A stretch of DNA of 64,000 bases from NCBI GenBank assembly GCA_002189035.1, contig NEEC01000018.1:1116001-1180000 (forward strand), written 5' to 3'. Shown here piece by piece: positions 38,088 through 52,050 of the stretch (its first letter is position 1; each line of letters begins with the position of its first letter). The notes beneath the pieces are model-generated. The model was not told the origin of the DNA and made no database searches. It was given only the letters and a program-made list of their open reading frames with translations. The DNA comes from Utricularia gibba (lineage: Eukaryota; Plantae; Magnoliophyta). Both the position numbers and the translations under genes were made by a program.

Positions 38088-39523
38088 CGTCGTGAAAAGC
38101 AAAACGCAGAATAACAAACATACAAAAAAAGAGGACCTTGAGTTTACGGCGGCGCGGAGTGTATGCTATATAACAGGTCGTTAGGGGCTGGGGCCCCACA
38201 GATGCGCTGGACAGCTGGACGTGAGAAGGTGCTTCCGGAAATGAGCTGGTTTACGATATTGTGCTTGTATAATAAATAAATAAATATAATAAAATGCCAG
38301 CTGGAGGAGATTGGTGCACCAAACGGACCATCAACGGAGCAATGAGCGCTGTTGGCCGGCCAACCCCAACCACAATCACCAGCCATAATATTGAATGAAA
38401 ATTCACGTATTTTAAAAATTAAAAACTAAATTAAAAGTATGTATCCAGTTGTCTCCAACCAAAGCACCCACTCACACCTCATTCATGTGTGTTTTTTCAA
38501 TTACAATATAATTGAAATTGGATGTTAATTTTTTATTTAGTTATAATCATCTAACATTTATATAGATTTATCTTCTCTTATCATGTACAAGTTCTTTTAA
38601 ATTGAGTACTTGAAATGGAAAATATCATGTAAGAAGAGAATGAATCGTTATATTTGAAATAGATGAATTTCAATGAAAATTTCAACTTCTAAGAAATGGG
38701 AGCGAAAATATCTGACCTAAAAAAGGGGTTTAAGATGAATCTAACATTAATTATTGATGCGGTATAAGGACAAAAAATTTTTAAAAAATTTTCCTATGTA
38801 TATAATTTTATTATATGATCAAAATTGAATGTTAAATATATTTTGGATATAAAATATCTCAAATAAATGATAATATTTATATCGAATATGTTTAATTTCT
38901 ATAGTTTGATGCATCGTACAAAAATTAATCTCTAATGTTTTTTTATCTTTAATATTGGATATAAAAAATCTCTATCTGAAAATAGGATATATTTATCTTA
39001 TAAAATTAAAATTATGATCACCGCCGGCCACACCTGTCCTCGTTTAGTAATGGAGCATCATCCCTTCCCTTTTGGTGACGTATGACGGATGGATGCTCTT
39101 CAGATATTTATAAGGTGATGGTTCCTCCAGAAACAGCTGCCAGTGCTATTCTGTATACGCGATCGCTTTTGATTTCCGGGGATGCTTTCCTAACCTTTCT
39201 GCTACGCCATCCTCAGCAGAATCGATGCTGTTCGCCAGCCCGCTCTCTTTCGTTCGTCAACTCGTGGACCAGCAACTCTTCGCCACGTTTGCTGCTTTCC
39301 AGCTGCAAGATGCCTCTGCGCTTCAGCGTCATGTAAAAGTTGTGTAGCTCACACACTTGGAATTTTATAAATCTTTTGGTTGATACTATTGGTGGAATAT
39401 GCGGATGAACAACACAAAGAATCAAGGCAAAATGGTGTAAGAATAAGGAATAAATCTAGAAGTATTCTTTTTGTTTCTTCCTAAAGTTATTAAGATAGTT
39501 ATAAGGATTGATAATCTTTTATG

Positions 39524-42500
39524 GGGAAAATTTCATTAAAGCCATTAAACATAACACACGTTTTCAATTTTGTAATTGAATTTTTTTTGTTTCATTAAAA
39601 CCATTAAATATATATGAATCGTTTCAATTTTAACTGATACATAAAAATCGATTTTTTATATCATTAGATCAGCAATAAGACCAGTTTAAATACAGTATAC
39701 CCGATTTAGTAATAAATTTACATTAAGGCCCTTAAACATATGTCTGATTTTCATTAGTGCCACCAAAGTTATTTTATTTCATTAAAACCAATTAATCATT
39801 TTACTAATGCCATTAAAATATCAAAATTGATTAATTTTTTTACAAAATCAGAAAAGTTCAACTTTTTAAAAATATAATAACATGTTTTTCTTTTTATTTT
39901 TACCACCTGATACTTGAATTATAAGCTCAAAATTTTAAAAAATAACATAAAACATTGGATATGTCTAAAATTATTTTTTATATTAAGCATTATATTAAAT
40001 ATTTTCCCAATGCAACAAAATATATCATTCAAATACCTTGAAATAAGAGTATGAGCAATCAAATAAAAAACATACATATGGCAATATAATTACCATTGTT
40101 ACAAAAGTTAGTAAACAACATAAGCAATATTACAATCATATGTTTCATTACTATCATCTTTGGCATGAAAAACATTCATTGAATTTTTCAAGTTTGAAAG
40201 GGTGATGAAATTTTGACCTCTTTTGATAATGATAGATGCATTAACAGGTGCCATAGTTTGTGATATCTACAAAAAAAATAATTGGTTATGGAAAAACTTG
40301 AATTAGCATTAACATCAATAATTGTTACAAACCTGAAATATTGTTGTGGTTGAAGAGGTTCACTTCTTTTTATTATGTACCGGTTGTAGCTTGGTCTGTA
40401 AAAAATGCAACAAAAAAGTACTATAATCAATAATACTCATTCATTCAACATTATTTACTAAAGACAACTCAAATATAATTATGGTGATGATAGAATATTT
40501 TCATCTTTATTTTAAAATCAAATGTTTCAGTTCTACAGAATCTTTGAAAGTATAAAAAATGGAGAGAAAAAAAACTTAATGTAGATCACAAGTGTACATT
40601 AAACTCTGATATATTCTTTCAATTACTATTACACTTTAAATCTTTCAAGAAAATTTAACAGCAATCAAATATAAATCTCACTTTGATATTTTACCTTTAA
40701 ATTCTTCATTGTATAAACACCAATCTATACCTTTTCATGATGACTTCTATTTCCTTCATTTTGAACCATGCCTCCACCTCTTCCCCGTGTACTCAGCATT
40801 TTGCATGGTCGTTTTACCTAATTATCAATATATATAATAAAATATATGTAAATACACGTATAAACAATATAGATTTGATTTGTTTTCACTGTTGCACTTG
40901 GAATAACTTCAGACCCACTTTTAGTAATGATAAGAGGTTGTTGTCAAGAGTTATTCACACAATTGTTGGCCTAAAAAATCATAATATGACAAACATATTC
41001 AGATTTTAATGAAAATTTAGTTAAATTCGAAATTTACCATCACCTGAATTTCTTGTGTAAAAGCACTTGGGATAATTTCCCTTGCGATGTGACTTGAATC
41101 AGCAACTATTAATTGAGACTTTGTTTTGTAACCTGAGATCTAATCACACAAAAAGGTTTATTACAAATATGATTGAGTAAAATTGATAAAAAAAATATTA
41201 TAAAACAATAGAATTTAATAAACATCTGATTAGCTCTTTTTTGAACACTTTCAGCTAGCTTTGTACCTGTATATTTGCAAGTCTTGCATTATGACCACAT
41301 TGTTTGCATATGCTACACTGATTATTCATCCTAATCATACCAACAAGTCTATTGGTATTCTTATGTGCATGCGATGACTCATTTAGTTGCCTTTTTCACA
41401 ATTTTTTGGGACAACCTACCTTCCTCTCATATTTGGGTGGGATTGGGGAAGGAATATCAACTTTTGGCCAGAAAACTGAACTTGTTATTCCGATCACAGC
41501 AAGTGTATAGCAACGGATATAAGTTTCAACAGTATAACACTCATGAATATAGTTTTTAGGTTTTTCTTTCCTTGCCCACATTACAACAACAGCATGCTTA
41601 CATGGGATTCCCCTAAGTTCCCATTTTCTACAGCTACAAATTTTGGCTTCCATATCAACTGTGTGTTGCTCATATGGTCCCATTACTTGGTAATTATTTC
41701 TATCTGATTTCATGACAATCATGTCTCTTGCTTCCTCTATAATGTTATCAAACATTTTCCTTATCCTTGGACAAATTACATCCGTCCATTTTTTAGAAGC
41801 ATTCAAATTTGCATCAACTCTTACCATTAAATAATTTGTAATTCCTTCTAATAAACCAATAATGGCTTTTTTTCTAATTTCAAGGATTGCACTGTTGAAA
41901 CATTCACAAGCATTATTAAGTAGAGCATCACATTTATTCCTTGTTATGAAAAATGCTCTACTTCATTGTTGCGGATGTCTCTTTAACAACCACTTATATG
42001 CCTCTAAATCCGTAGCTTTAATTTCTTCCATATGAGCTTGAAAAACGTCTCTTTTCGTGGCTTTAGCTGCTGCCCATAACAAATTTTTCAATTTGATACC
42101 ACCATGTCCAGCTAATTTCATGTTACTATGCAAATGACGCACACAAAATCTATTTTCCACATCAAGCAGTAGATCATCAAATGCTTCTAGCAAACCCTTC
42201 TACTTATCAGAAATAAATGTCCATTTCTTCTTATCAACAATTTCCAAATCCTCCTTCAAAAGTCTTAGAAATTCTTTCTATGTGTATGCATTTTTAATTT
42301 CAACAATTGAATATGCAATGGGAAATATTCCATTATTAGCATTTATCCCTACAGCTGTGAGTAATTGATCATTAAAACCTCCTTTCAAAAAACATCCATC
42401 GACTCCAACTACATTCCTATACCCTACCTTGAAATAATCTCTCAAAGCTACCAAACAAATATACAAACTAACGAATTTTTGATCATCTGGTTTTTTTATC

Positions 42501-44105
42501 ATCAGAGACTTTTAGATGCATGGTTGAACCTGGATTTGTTCTTCGTAACTCTGCACAGTAACTTCAAATTAAGTTCCACTGCTCTGCTTCAAATTTATGC
42601 AATATTTCCATTGACTTCTTACGTGTCCTAAAAGCCTTAGACTTGGAAATATCTGTTCGAAGTACCTTGATCATGTGTGCCCTAAATTCTTTTAATCCAA
42701 TTTTTTGATTTTCTATAATTTTATGAATGAATTTTTTCACAAGATAAGTACTTCTTAATCCCAAATTTTCTTTAGTTCTTGAACATCCATGATGATCATA
42801 ATTGTAACTTTTAACTGTCCAACCTTTGTCATTCTTTTTCTTGGACATGTGAATGTGTCATCCACATCCTAATATTCTACATTTAGCTATAACTCTTGAT
42901 TTATCAGTTCTAAATACTAAGTCTTTTCCACGTAAAATTCCATGTGTCTGAATTGCATATTTTGCTTCTTCACGATTACTAAATACCAATCCCTTTACTA
43001 AGTTTGGATCATCAGCATCACTCTTGGGATTATAAAGTGTATTCTTACTAATTTCATCATCACTTGATCCATTACTAATCACAAAATCATCTCTAGATTC
43101 AGCTACATTCATATCTACCTCCATGTTCAAGTTATCATGTGCAAGTTTTGCAGCAATGGTCCCATCATGTCCATCAAACTCAATATTGTGATTACCGTAG
43201 TTAGAAAACAGCTCTTTATTCTTCTGAAACTCATACATCTCGTCAGTCCAAAATTCTATATCACTATACTCTGAGTCAACATCAGCATTTACCTCATCAT
43301 ATATATTTTCATTTGCAATAATATTTGCATCTAAATCTGTCCACATTTGCTGAAAAACAACATCAACTTCTGCATTTTCTATCAAGTTGGAGATATCATT
43401 TGAGAAATCATTTAGTAATCTCTCATTCACAAATTTACCAACTTCATCCACGACTTCACATTCATCTACTATATTAATAAAAATTTCAACTGGTTCCAAT
43501 TCAAGTAGGCGTTGTTGTACATATTTGTAATCATCATCAACCAACAAATTATACAAAATTTCACTCACGTCTACTCATTTCATGAAAACTCTAATTTTTC
43601 CAGAAATCCCCAAATCTGAAACCAACCTAGCAAGCATAGTATATGTAAACTCAAAAACATCAGACAATCCCACCAAATGTTGACTTCCATTAACATAAAA
43701 ATTCGATTGAAGATCTACTTTACCATCAACATGAAGTTTGAACATAAAAGCCTCGCTTTCAGTGGCTAATAACATACCCATTTCCTTCATTGAAGTCCCT
43801 TGTCTCTTGCATTTTGATTCCTCGGCATTCTCAGTGCAACACTTCTTCATAGTTAAATGAAAAAAAAATATTGTGCAAAAGCAATTAAATGAGTGGTAAA
43901 AAAAAACGAAAAGTATTATTTATTTTTAAATAATAAATTGAGTTCTATATTGATTAAATCGATCAAACCGCCGGTTTTGACAAATCGAATAAACCGATTT
44001 TTTTATTATAATTAATAATGAAACGGTTCATATATATTTAATAGTTTTAGTGAAATAAAAAAAATTCGATGGCAAAACTGAAAAAGTGTGTTATAAAATT
44101 TTCCC
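39524..44105 (-). mobile_element. Complete Mutator-like element (MULE/MuDR), 4582 bp, with a disrupted transposase
   Basis: TIRs of roughly 120 bp beginning GGGAAAATTT at both ends. Perfect 10-bp TSD ATCTTTTATG at 39514-39523 and 44106-44115. Minus-strand transposase fragments about 41396-43850: MuDR DBD, GVDGCFLKG...AVGINANNGIFPIAY, RFCVRHL, SWIM CSCRKWELRGIPCKH; broken by stops and frameshifts. Confidence 0.95.
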
Positions 44106-46240
44106 ATCTTTTATGTTGGAAATGATTATATTGAAGAAGAGTTTGGTATCCCATATTACTAATATAGTTAAAGAGGAATTCAAATAATTTATATAGAATA
44201 TTAACTTATTAATCTTGATTTTCGGAGAGTCTTGAAATCCAAAAATACTATACACAGAGGGTGGGGGGTGCAACCTGACCCGAAAAGAATTTGGCATGTA
44301 TGTGCGAACTAAGCCTTTATTTTGTCTCAAACCCATTAGGGTGAGACATATATATTTGATTGATTTCTAAGATTGATAGAAGTTTTCGAAAAATCTCTTG
44401 AATCCTATGAAATCAAGATATTATTTAAGACATTAATTTACGTGCTTGAGGTTTAATCTTTTCTTTTCTTAATGTTCAATTTTCAAAACCTTATGTAATA
44501 CTATAAAGCAGTTACACTTTCTTATCAATAAATAAACTAATTACATACAACCAACTAACTTTCAAAAACATAATGTCCACTCCAAACTATATTCAATGCT
44601 TTCTGGTTTATCAGCCAACAATTGTTTATTTCATTTAGATTGCTGCTATTTATAGGGGCAATGCCTCATATCCATCCATGTCAGCACAGAGAGCCATTAG
44701 ATTTGCAGGTTGCAGTTGAGTGTCATTAGAGCTATTATTGTTCGGACTTGTGCTAGTTGCCCTTGCTAATTCTCATCTTCACCTCCTTTTGCCCAAATCT
44801 CCTTTTGTTCACCTTCTTGTGTGTGATTAGGTCAGTTGGACCAGCAATGTGAGTTTCAACTTGGTGACACCAGTGTGCCTCATGTTGATTTCTTATGAGT
44901 TAATTCTTGCAAATCTACTCAGACATGAAATGGCTTTAGACATTGTTAGAATAACCTGCATGTAGAGAAGATGATGTGGATTTGGAAACAATGAAGGGAA
45001 ACTTACAAAACTACCACCACATACAAGTCCCATGTCCAAACAAGAGTGGTTTGTTTAACATTTATGTAAATGTTTTGTTGATATCAATTAAATAAAATGA
45101 ATTTAATTTATTCAGATTTAAATAAATGTTTTTAAGTAACATTTAGTTATTGAGATTAGAATTTAAATTACGTAATTATATATAAAATAAAAGAGTGTAA
45201 TTTTAAATAAACTCATGTATATAGAATTATAAACAAACTTATGTAATTCTGAATTTAATTAAATCTATGAACTAAATATTTTATAATTTATAATTTTATT
45301 TTAAACTTATGTAAGTTATTGACCAAGCATTACCTAATACTAACCTGCAAATCCAACGACTATCTGTCCCTATATCTAAGGAATAGGAGATGTTGCATCT
45401 ATACTGTAATTGAATATAACATTACCATGTTTTTAATATTAGCCAAAGTATTTGTTTAATAGTCTTTAAGTAGTTATAAGCCATGCAAACAAAACAATAT
45501 GATAAATTCACATTAAATCTTTACTCTTGCATCTATAATTAGATTAAATGTAAATGAAACTATAGTAATATTACGATAAGTCTATAGTGAATTCACCCTT
45601 AGGTTGCTCATGGTTTATTAAAATATGATTAATTTTAAAATTATATAAATAGAATTAGTTTGAGATTGTAAAATTATTTTATGAGATATCATACAATTTT
45701 AATAAAATAAAGGTATATAGCAATGTCAAAATATACAAATATTTTATAATTTAATATTATGATATAAATATATTTTTAGAATAAATAAAAATTAAATAGC
45801 ATAATTTTCTAATTAATTTCTTATTTAATCATCAAAATATAGATTTAAAAAAATTTAATAATTTATAAAATTATTCATAGAATTCAAATTTTTAATTTTA
45901 TTACATAACATTAAAAGTTAGAATTTTAAAAAGTTACACAAAATCACTTCAAACATTATTGCAACAAAAACAGGCCCTTAATAAATTGTAAAATTCGGAT
46001 TGAAGGGATTAACTCGTACGGATTCACTTTTAAATCGTCACTTCTACTTTTGCAACGGGCGATTTTGAATTAGAAAATGAAAGCGTGAGGCGCGGCTATC
46101 GCGATTCTAACGTTTAGGTACGGAACTAGAGGCGCCATTCCAACGGTCATATTTTGAGTTCGAATAAAAAGCCTGTCTGTTACTGTGATTAGCCGTTGCC
46201 CTAATACTCACCACTCGAGTTCACAGGCTTCTACTTCTCA

Positions 46241-48755
46241 ATGGCATCCCATTCTACGAGAGCGCTGTTTTCATCTCCTCCCGCGTCACCGGAAAGCAAA
46301 TCTTCGAGGTGGAGAAGCTTCGTCGCAGAGAATCGGGCTTTTGGTACGCTGTGGTTTTCCATGATTCTGGAATTCTTTTCTTGATTTTGGTGTAAGTTTA
46401 TTGATGGGTTTTATTTGGCAGTTGCTGAAAGGCGTTCGGTAGATAGTGGTTCTGCCATTTCTGCTGCGTCTTGCGCTAGGAATTATGATGAAAAGGAGAA
46501 TGGTGAGAGGAATAACTGTACGAGAGTCTGGAAAATGGACTCTCCTTCGAAAAACTGTAAAAATTTCATGTCGCCCACCATTTCGGCGGCGTCTAAGTTC
46601 ACTTCATCACCTCGGAAGAAAGTGTTTGCTGAGAGGAATGATCCGATTCGGGCCTCCTCGACGTTGTCTGATGGAAAAGTTGCGTTTTTCTCTTCGAAAT
46701 CTCAGTATTTGGATCAGAAATCTGGATCAGGAGGCCTTCGTAACTCCCATAGTGAATGCTCTCTAGATTCCCTTACAGGGGAAAAGAAGAAGCCTCCAAA
46801 AAAGGTGTTGTCTACAGATCGCTCTTCAGATTCTGACTCAGAAACCGCTGATCACAACACTTCGAAACCGGAATTGAGTTTCAGTCCCAGTTACTGCTGT
46901 TCAGTTGCTGCTTCTAGTATAGCTCCTCTAGATGCTGATCCATCATTGCAGCCATATGATCCAAAAACGAATTACTTGTCTCCACGGCCACAGTTTCTCT
47001 ACTACAGGCCTAAACCCAGAACTGACATTCTTCTGAACAGAGAAAAGGGACTTCATCCTGAGTTTGAAGGTAGCCTTATGGCAGATATGATGTCCGAGAG
47101 CTTTTCAGAGGCTTCAGGATCAGGTGAATCTCATGCCGACGACAAGGATGAGTTTCCAGTCATAACTTCATATGACATGGTAATAGGAACGGAAGAGCTA
47201 GAGTTTTACCCCCTGTTTCAGAAAACTGTTGCACTAATGCTGAATCTGCATCTGGAGAGGAGGCTACTGCTTCCGAAATAAAGGAAAGAGATTTATGGGA
47301 AGAAGAGGATGAACCCGAAGCTCATGATTCTCAAGCTTTTGAGCCGTTGGCCCTCAGAGAAACTCCAAAAAATGCAGAACCTGATGCAAGGTCTGATAAG
47401 AAAACTAAGAAGAAGTATTGGGGGTTCTCAAGATTAATGTGCTTTAGCATGTTCCTTACCTTGTTTCTAGCATGCACCACAATTTGCTTCATTCATTCTC
47501 CTTCATTGGAGAAAGTTGTCCCTGAAGACTTCACCTTGTCCAATGTTAGAGCTCTCTGTCAGGAATCCTTGGTCGCTGCTGAAAAGGAGTTCCGTCGTTT
47601 AGGCAAGCATGCAAATCAACTTTCTCTTAGTTTAGTATCATACGTTTTTCAGCTGGTTGATGAGCTTGGAAAGGGTGGAAAACGAGTCCAGATTCAATAT
47701 ATGAACATTTCAGACTTGCAAAAGGTCACTTGGAATCAAGAAAACTTGAACAATATCGACTTCAAAGTAGAGGCCAATACTGAAGCACTTGATGAGGCAA
47801 AATGGCACGAAGAAACTGATTTGGAAGAGAATTTTGATCTACATGAATTCATGCTTGAATCTTTAGTAGAAGCTATACCCGATGTTGAGGATGAACTGGA
47901 AATAGTAGGACTGGCACAGAACCTTGAGAAGGAATATGTTGAGGAAGCCTTGAACGGTGATGAACTGCAGATTATGCTAGAAACTGAAGTAGTTACTCCA
48001 AATCTACTGCCCTCAATTCCTGAGTGGGAGGAGCCTAAACATTACCAAGAAAGTAAACATGAAGATGAAAGTGAAACTGTCGAAAAGAAAACTGAAGAAT
48101 CCTCTGATGAGGTGCAGAACAAGGAAATTTCTTTGTATCATTTGGTTCATGAAAACACTAATGAAGCTGCAAGTGAAGATGGTCAGTCCTCTCAAACTCT
48201 TGAGGGCTATCGTGTCACTGGGGTTTCGGGAGATATTACGACTTCGCCGGACCCTGAGTTGTTGTCTCCTCTGCAACACAACTACCGTGCCATGGAAGTC
48301 ACTCTCATCATCTTCGCAGCAGCATCTCTAATGGGAATCTCATTTTTTATCCATCAACGCAAGAGAGGCCCCAGTTCTGAACATTTTCATGAGAGAACAG
48401 GCCCCTCTGAAACGAGTAGCAGCTTTGAAAACTCATCCTCTGGTTTCAAGAATGACACAGGAAATGAAGCTGGAAGCTGGGAGAGAAGAGCAAATGAACA
48501 CATGAGAAGGGATTCATCATCAGGATTTTCATCTGACTCACACTCCTACGGCAGCTTCACTACTTTTGAGAGGATCCCTATAAAGAGTGTAAGCACATCT
48601 TGCTTATGAATTCTTCATATTTTCAGCATAAACATATCATCTGTTCATGGATGACGCAATCCACCCTACCTCATTACTTTCAGGTCAATGGAGAGGAAAA
48701 AATCCTAACCCCAGTACGTCGCTCTAGCAGAATCAGAACGCAGTTAACACAGTAG
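46241..48755 (+). CDS. Uncharacterised plant membrane protein with conserved YDPKTNYLSPRPQFL motif and TPVRRSSRIR C-terminus; 3 exons, one apparent 1-nt deletion
   Basis: Exon 1 46241-46343, exon 2 from 46422, last exon 48684-48755. Motifs NFMSPTISAASK, SPRKKVFAERN, PYDPKTNYLSPRPQFLYYRPKP, two hydrophobic segments, GSFTTFERIPIK. The two ORFs join if the C-run 47209-47213 is one base longer. Confidence 0.85.
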
Positions 48756-49099
48756 AATGGTATTGTAGGACAACTGTAGCTGTGTTTGAGTGTTGTTGCA
48801 TTGTAATTCAAACTTCAGGAGAAGTTTGAACGTTTAGCTGATGATTTCATTACCAAAATATAGGACCGGTTATCGTTTGCTAAGAAAAAGAAAGGGGAAA
48901 CTGGGATGGCCAATGAAGCCAATTTCACAGACTACAGCTAAAACAAAGTGGACCATGATTATGAAGCCTTGAAAACAAATAACACATTCCTCCCCTGCAC
49001 CTAGAAATTTTCTAGAAAAAAAATGAGATCAGAAAAAAAGAAAACAGATGCTACGAACACGATGAGGCTGCTTGCAAATCCATGTAAAGTTTAGTATGA

Positions 49100-52050
49100 T
49101 TATTTTCTTTCCACTAGTTTGAGAATGAAATCAGTGAAAATGTTCTCGTATTCAGGCATCTTTGCAAATCCTGCAAGCAAGCAGTTGATGTTATATGAAG
49201 GTTTATGGGATTTCAAGAGTCAAGAAGTACGAGACTAACCAGGGAAATAGTTGATATCAATGACATAATATACATCTTTTGTTCCATACTCACGAATTAT
49301 GTCTATGTTGAACAGCCGGAGCCCCTAGCATCACAACAGTATGGTTGGTTAACTTCAGCAACGAGAAATGGAACTTTATGAAAGCTGGTTTCAGTAGAAG
49401 ATAAACTTTTTACCATTCGGCGATGCACTTCTCTAGCAAGCATCTCAAGCAAAGGTTGGGGAGGTAGCTCTGCATAAAACCATTGGAGTTAGAGATGGGG
49501 GGGAGGGGTCAGACTTCAAAGAACCAATATTCGTGTATGTGGTGGATTAGTAGGCTAAGAATCAATAATCTGTATAAAAAAGAACTCAATCTAGCTTACC
49601 AGAGACAGAAGGATCAAGGTCAGCACCATCAGCAGATGCAGAAGCACAAGAAACCCGAGGAAATCGGAACACACCAGAAACTTTTGATAAATCGGACTTG
49701 GTTATGTCAGGCAGGGAGAAACGTTTGACAACATTAATGGACTCACCAACAATGAAAACCTTGAAGAGAACACCACCTGCCCAGACAACACACTTGGGAA
49801 CGAAGAAAAACTTAAAAATGGCAAATAATCATAACGCATACCATGATTTACGAACTCCTGCAGAACCACAGGAACTGGAAGTTCCAATAGGGAAAAATGA
49901 TCGTATGCAAGAAAGAGTTCATGTGACTTTGCACTTCCATCAACAACCAGAGGTTTAACAACTGTGAAAAGAAACTACAAAGTCCATGAAACTAAACCAA
50001 ATTCAAACCAAAAGTATCATCCAACAGATTACTTCCTTCACATAAAGAAGATATCATGAAACAAATGAAATAATTGTTTGTGACCCTTGATAGACAAATG
50101 ATTCCTCGCTAATCTAAGCACCAACATCTGACAGAAAATATATTTACATATATACAGTAGCTCATAGGAGTAGAATACTGAGAAATAGAAGATTCGGTCA
50201 CCTAGAGGGACTCCCAACCCAGCTTTAATAACTTCAGTTGCTACTGAGCTTGAACCTTCCGAAAGCACCAGCTGCTTGGGAACACATACTTTTCCTAGAA
50301 GAGTCATTACCGAGGCATGGCATGTCAAGAAACAAAGAGCTTGCAAAAAGAATGCGGAGTTTTCCAGTAAAACAGAAACAATAGAAAAAGTTTTGGGAAA
50401 TCTTTTTTCAGGGATAAAAGATGGAGGCACGAATACATAAGCATGGAGTTTATTCCTTCAAATCATTCAAGAGATTGGGTTATATCCTGTGTGTGCATTA
50501 TGAGAGAAATGTTGAATCATAGAGCAGGCAGTTTTCATTCAGCGAATACACAAAAAGAATGGATGATAGTTCGCAAGGTACCGTAACAATCTGGAAATTT
50601 CAGATCTCCAACCACCTCAAGCATTGTTTGACGATTGCTAACATATTGGATGGCATCAGGAGAGTCAACTACGATCACTTCGGGGTGTATCTTCTGATAT
50701 TCCTTAAGAATTGTAGAAATACAATGAGACAGGGGAAGAACGTAGCATATCATCCTAGAAAAAACATTTTCTTCAACTGAGATGGCACACGCTGTCAGCT
50801 CATTCATATGGGAAAAAAGTGACTCTCGAAGGTTTCCCAAGAAAAAATATAAACAATTCAGCCCTTCAGAAAAAAACAGTTACAGTTCGAAGCACAAACC
50901 TCAATAACTTGTGGCCAATCTTTTGATGTTAACTGCACAAAAAGATGATGCTAAATAAAAAAAATGCAAACACAAGGGACCAAAGGGAGATGATAATCTA
51001 TCCAAGCTAGAGTGAGTGGTGAGGATAAGGGAAGTTCCAAGAACCTTATTTAGAAGCATTCAAACCTTGTGTAAAATGACGTTAAATGGGCCTTGCTCTG
51101 ATAATGGTCTCTTTAGATCAATGGCAACAAAGTCAATACCCTTAACACTGCATCAAAAGTAGACACTTTTAAAGGCCGGAGCAACACATTTCAACTTAAA
51201 AACACTCATCAAAGAACTTTGCCTCAAACACAGGAAAGGAAAAAAATGGGCAATACGCTTCATTGCAAACCCATTATTCTCGTTTTCAACCAGATACATT
51301 ATGAGATCAACTCAAACCTTATGTCAGGAACAGATAACGGTGTTGCTTCCACTTTAAAATATGCTCAATCGTATTATGCCCAACAATTTTCCTACACTAT
51401 GGTTTCTGAGTTCCAGGTTATTTTATGGCTCGAAAGTCGGCATACCAAAGCAAAGGCACGATTTTAGTGTAAGGTAAAGGCACAAACTTTGGAATATTCC
51501 CCCAAAAGACGCATTACCTATTAATTTCCAATATTCCATCTCTGAACCATAAACATGCTTGAAAAGTCAAAACGAATAAAAACAAAAAAGGTCAGTGAGG
51601 CCCAGCAACCTCTGTCTGCACATTAAGCTTAATTTCATCAAGGCAAATCCTTTATATTGGCTTCAATCAATCCAAAACCAGAACTCCCCTCCAATTCACC
51701 TTGCTTCATAAGCCGAATAACAACAGAATTACAAGAATCAAAACTTTCACCTATCGATGACTTATTTTCCATGTATCAGCAAATCCACACAATGAAACAA
51801 TGGAAATATAGAAATCAACCACATAAGCAAGCAAATAGAAACACGTAAATGGGCATTAAAAAAAACCGGCGAAAATGTCCAATCAGTACCGGGCCAAGCA
51901 AATAAACTTGGGCTGCAAAAAGCTCTTCCTCTTCTTCGAAGTTAGAGCATACCCAACTACAATCCTCGGCGACGCGGCAGAAAGTTCCGATCCCTCCACC
52001 TCCTCTTCGGTCTCATCATCAACAATTGAACGCTGCCCCTTCAGTTTCAT
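49100..52050 (-). CDS. ITPK: Inositol-tetrakisphosphate 1-kinase (ITPK2/3-like); 10 exons
   Basis: VVGYALTSKKRKSFLQPK, FVAIDLKRPLSEQGPFNVILHK, NRQTML, VVKPLVVDGSAKSHEL, LQEFVNHGGVLFKVFIVG, GLRLFNIDII, YYVIDINYFPGFAKMPEYE. GT-AG introns. Confidence 0.96.

Noticed and set aside
41396-43850. Local MULE as the donor of the FAR1 exon in the ALDH6 fusion
   Set aside because: Its DNA-binding region (FSNREEAKYAIQTHGILRGKDL...) is MuDR-type with no close similarity to the fusion exon. The capture must be older and from another element.
44780-44810. Partial similarity to miR399 (AAAGGAGATTTG on the minus strand)
   Set aside because: Only 12 nt match and no complementary hairpin arm.
45994-46010. Partial similarity to miR159 (TTCGGATTGAAGGGA)
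   Set aside because: Match breaks down after 15 nt and no star arm or fold-back is nearby.
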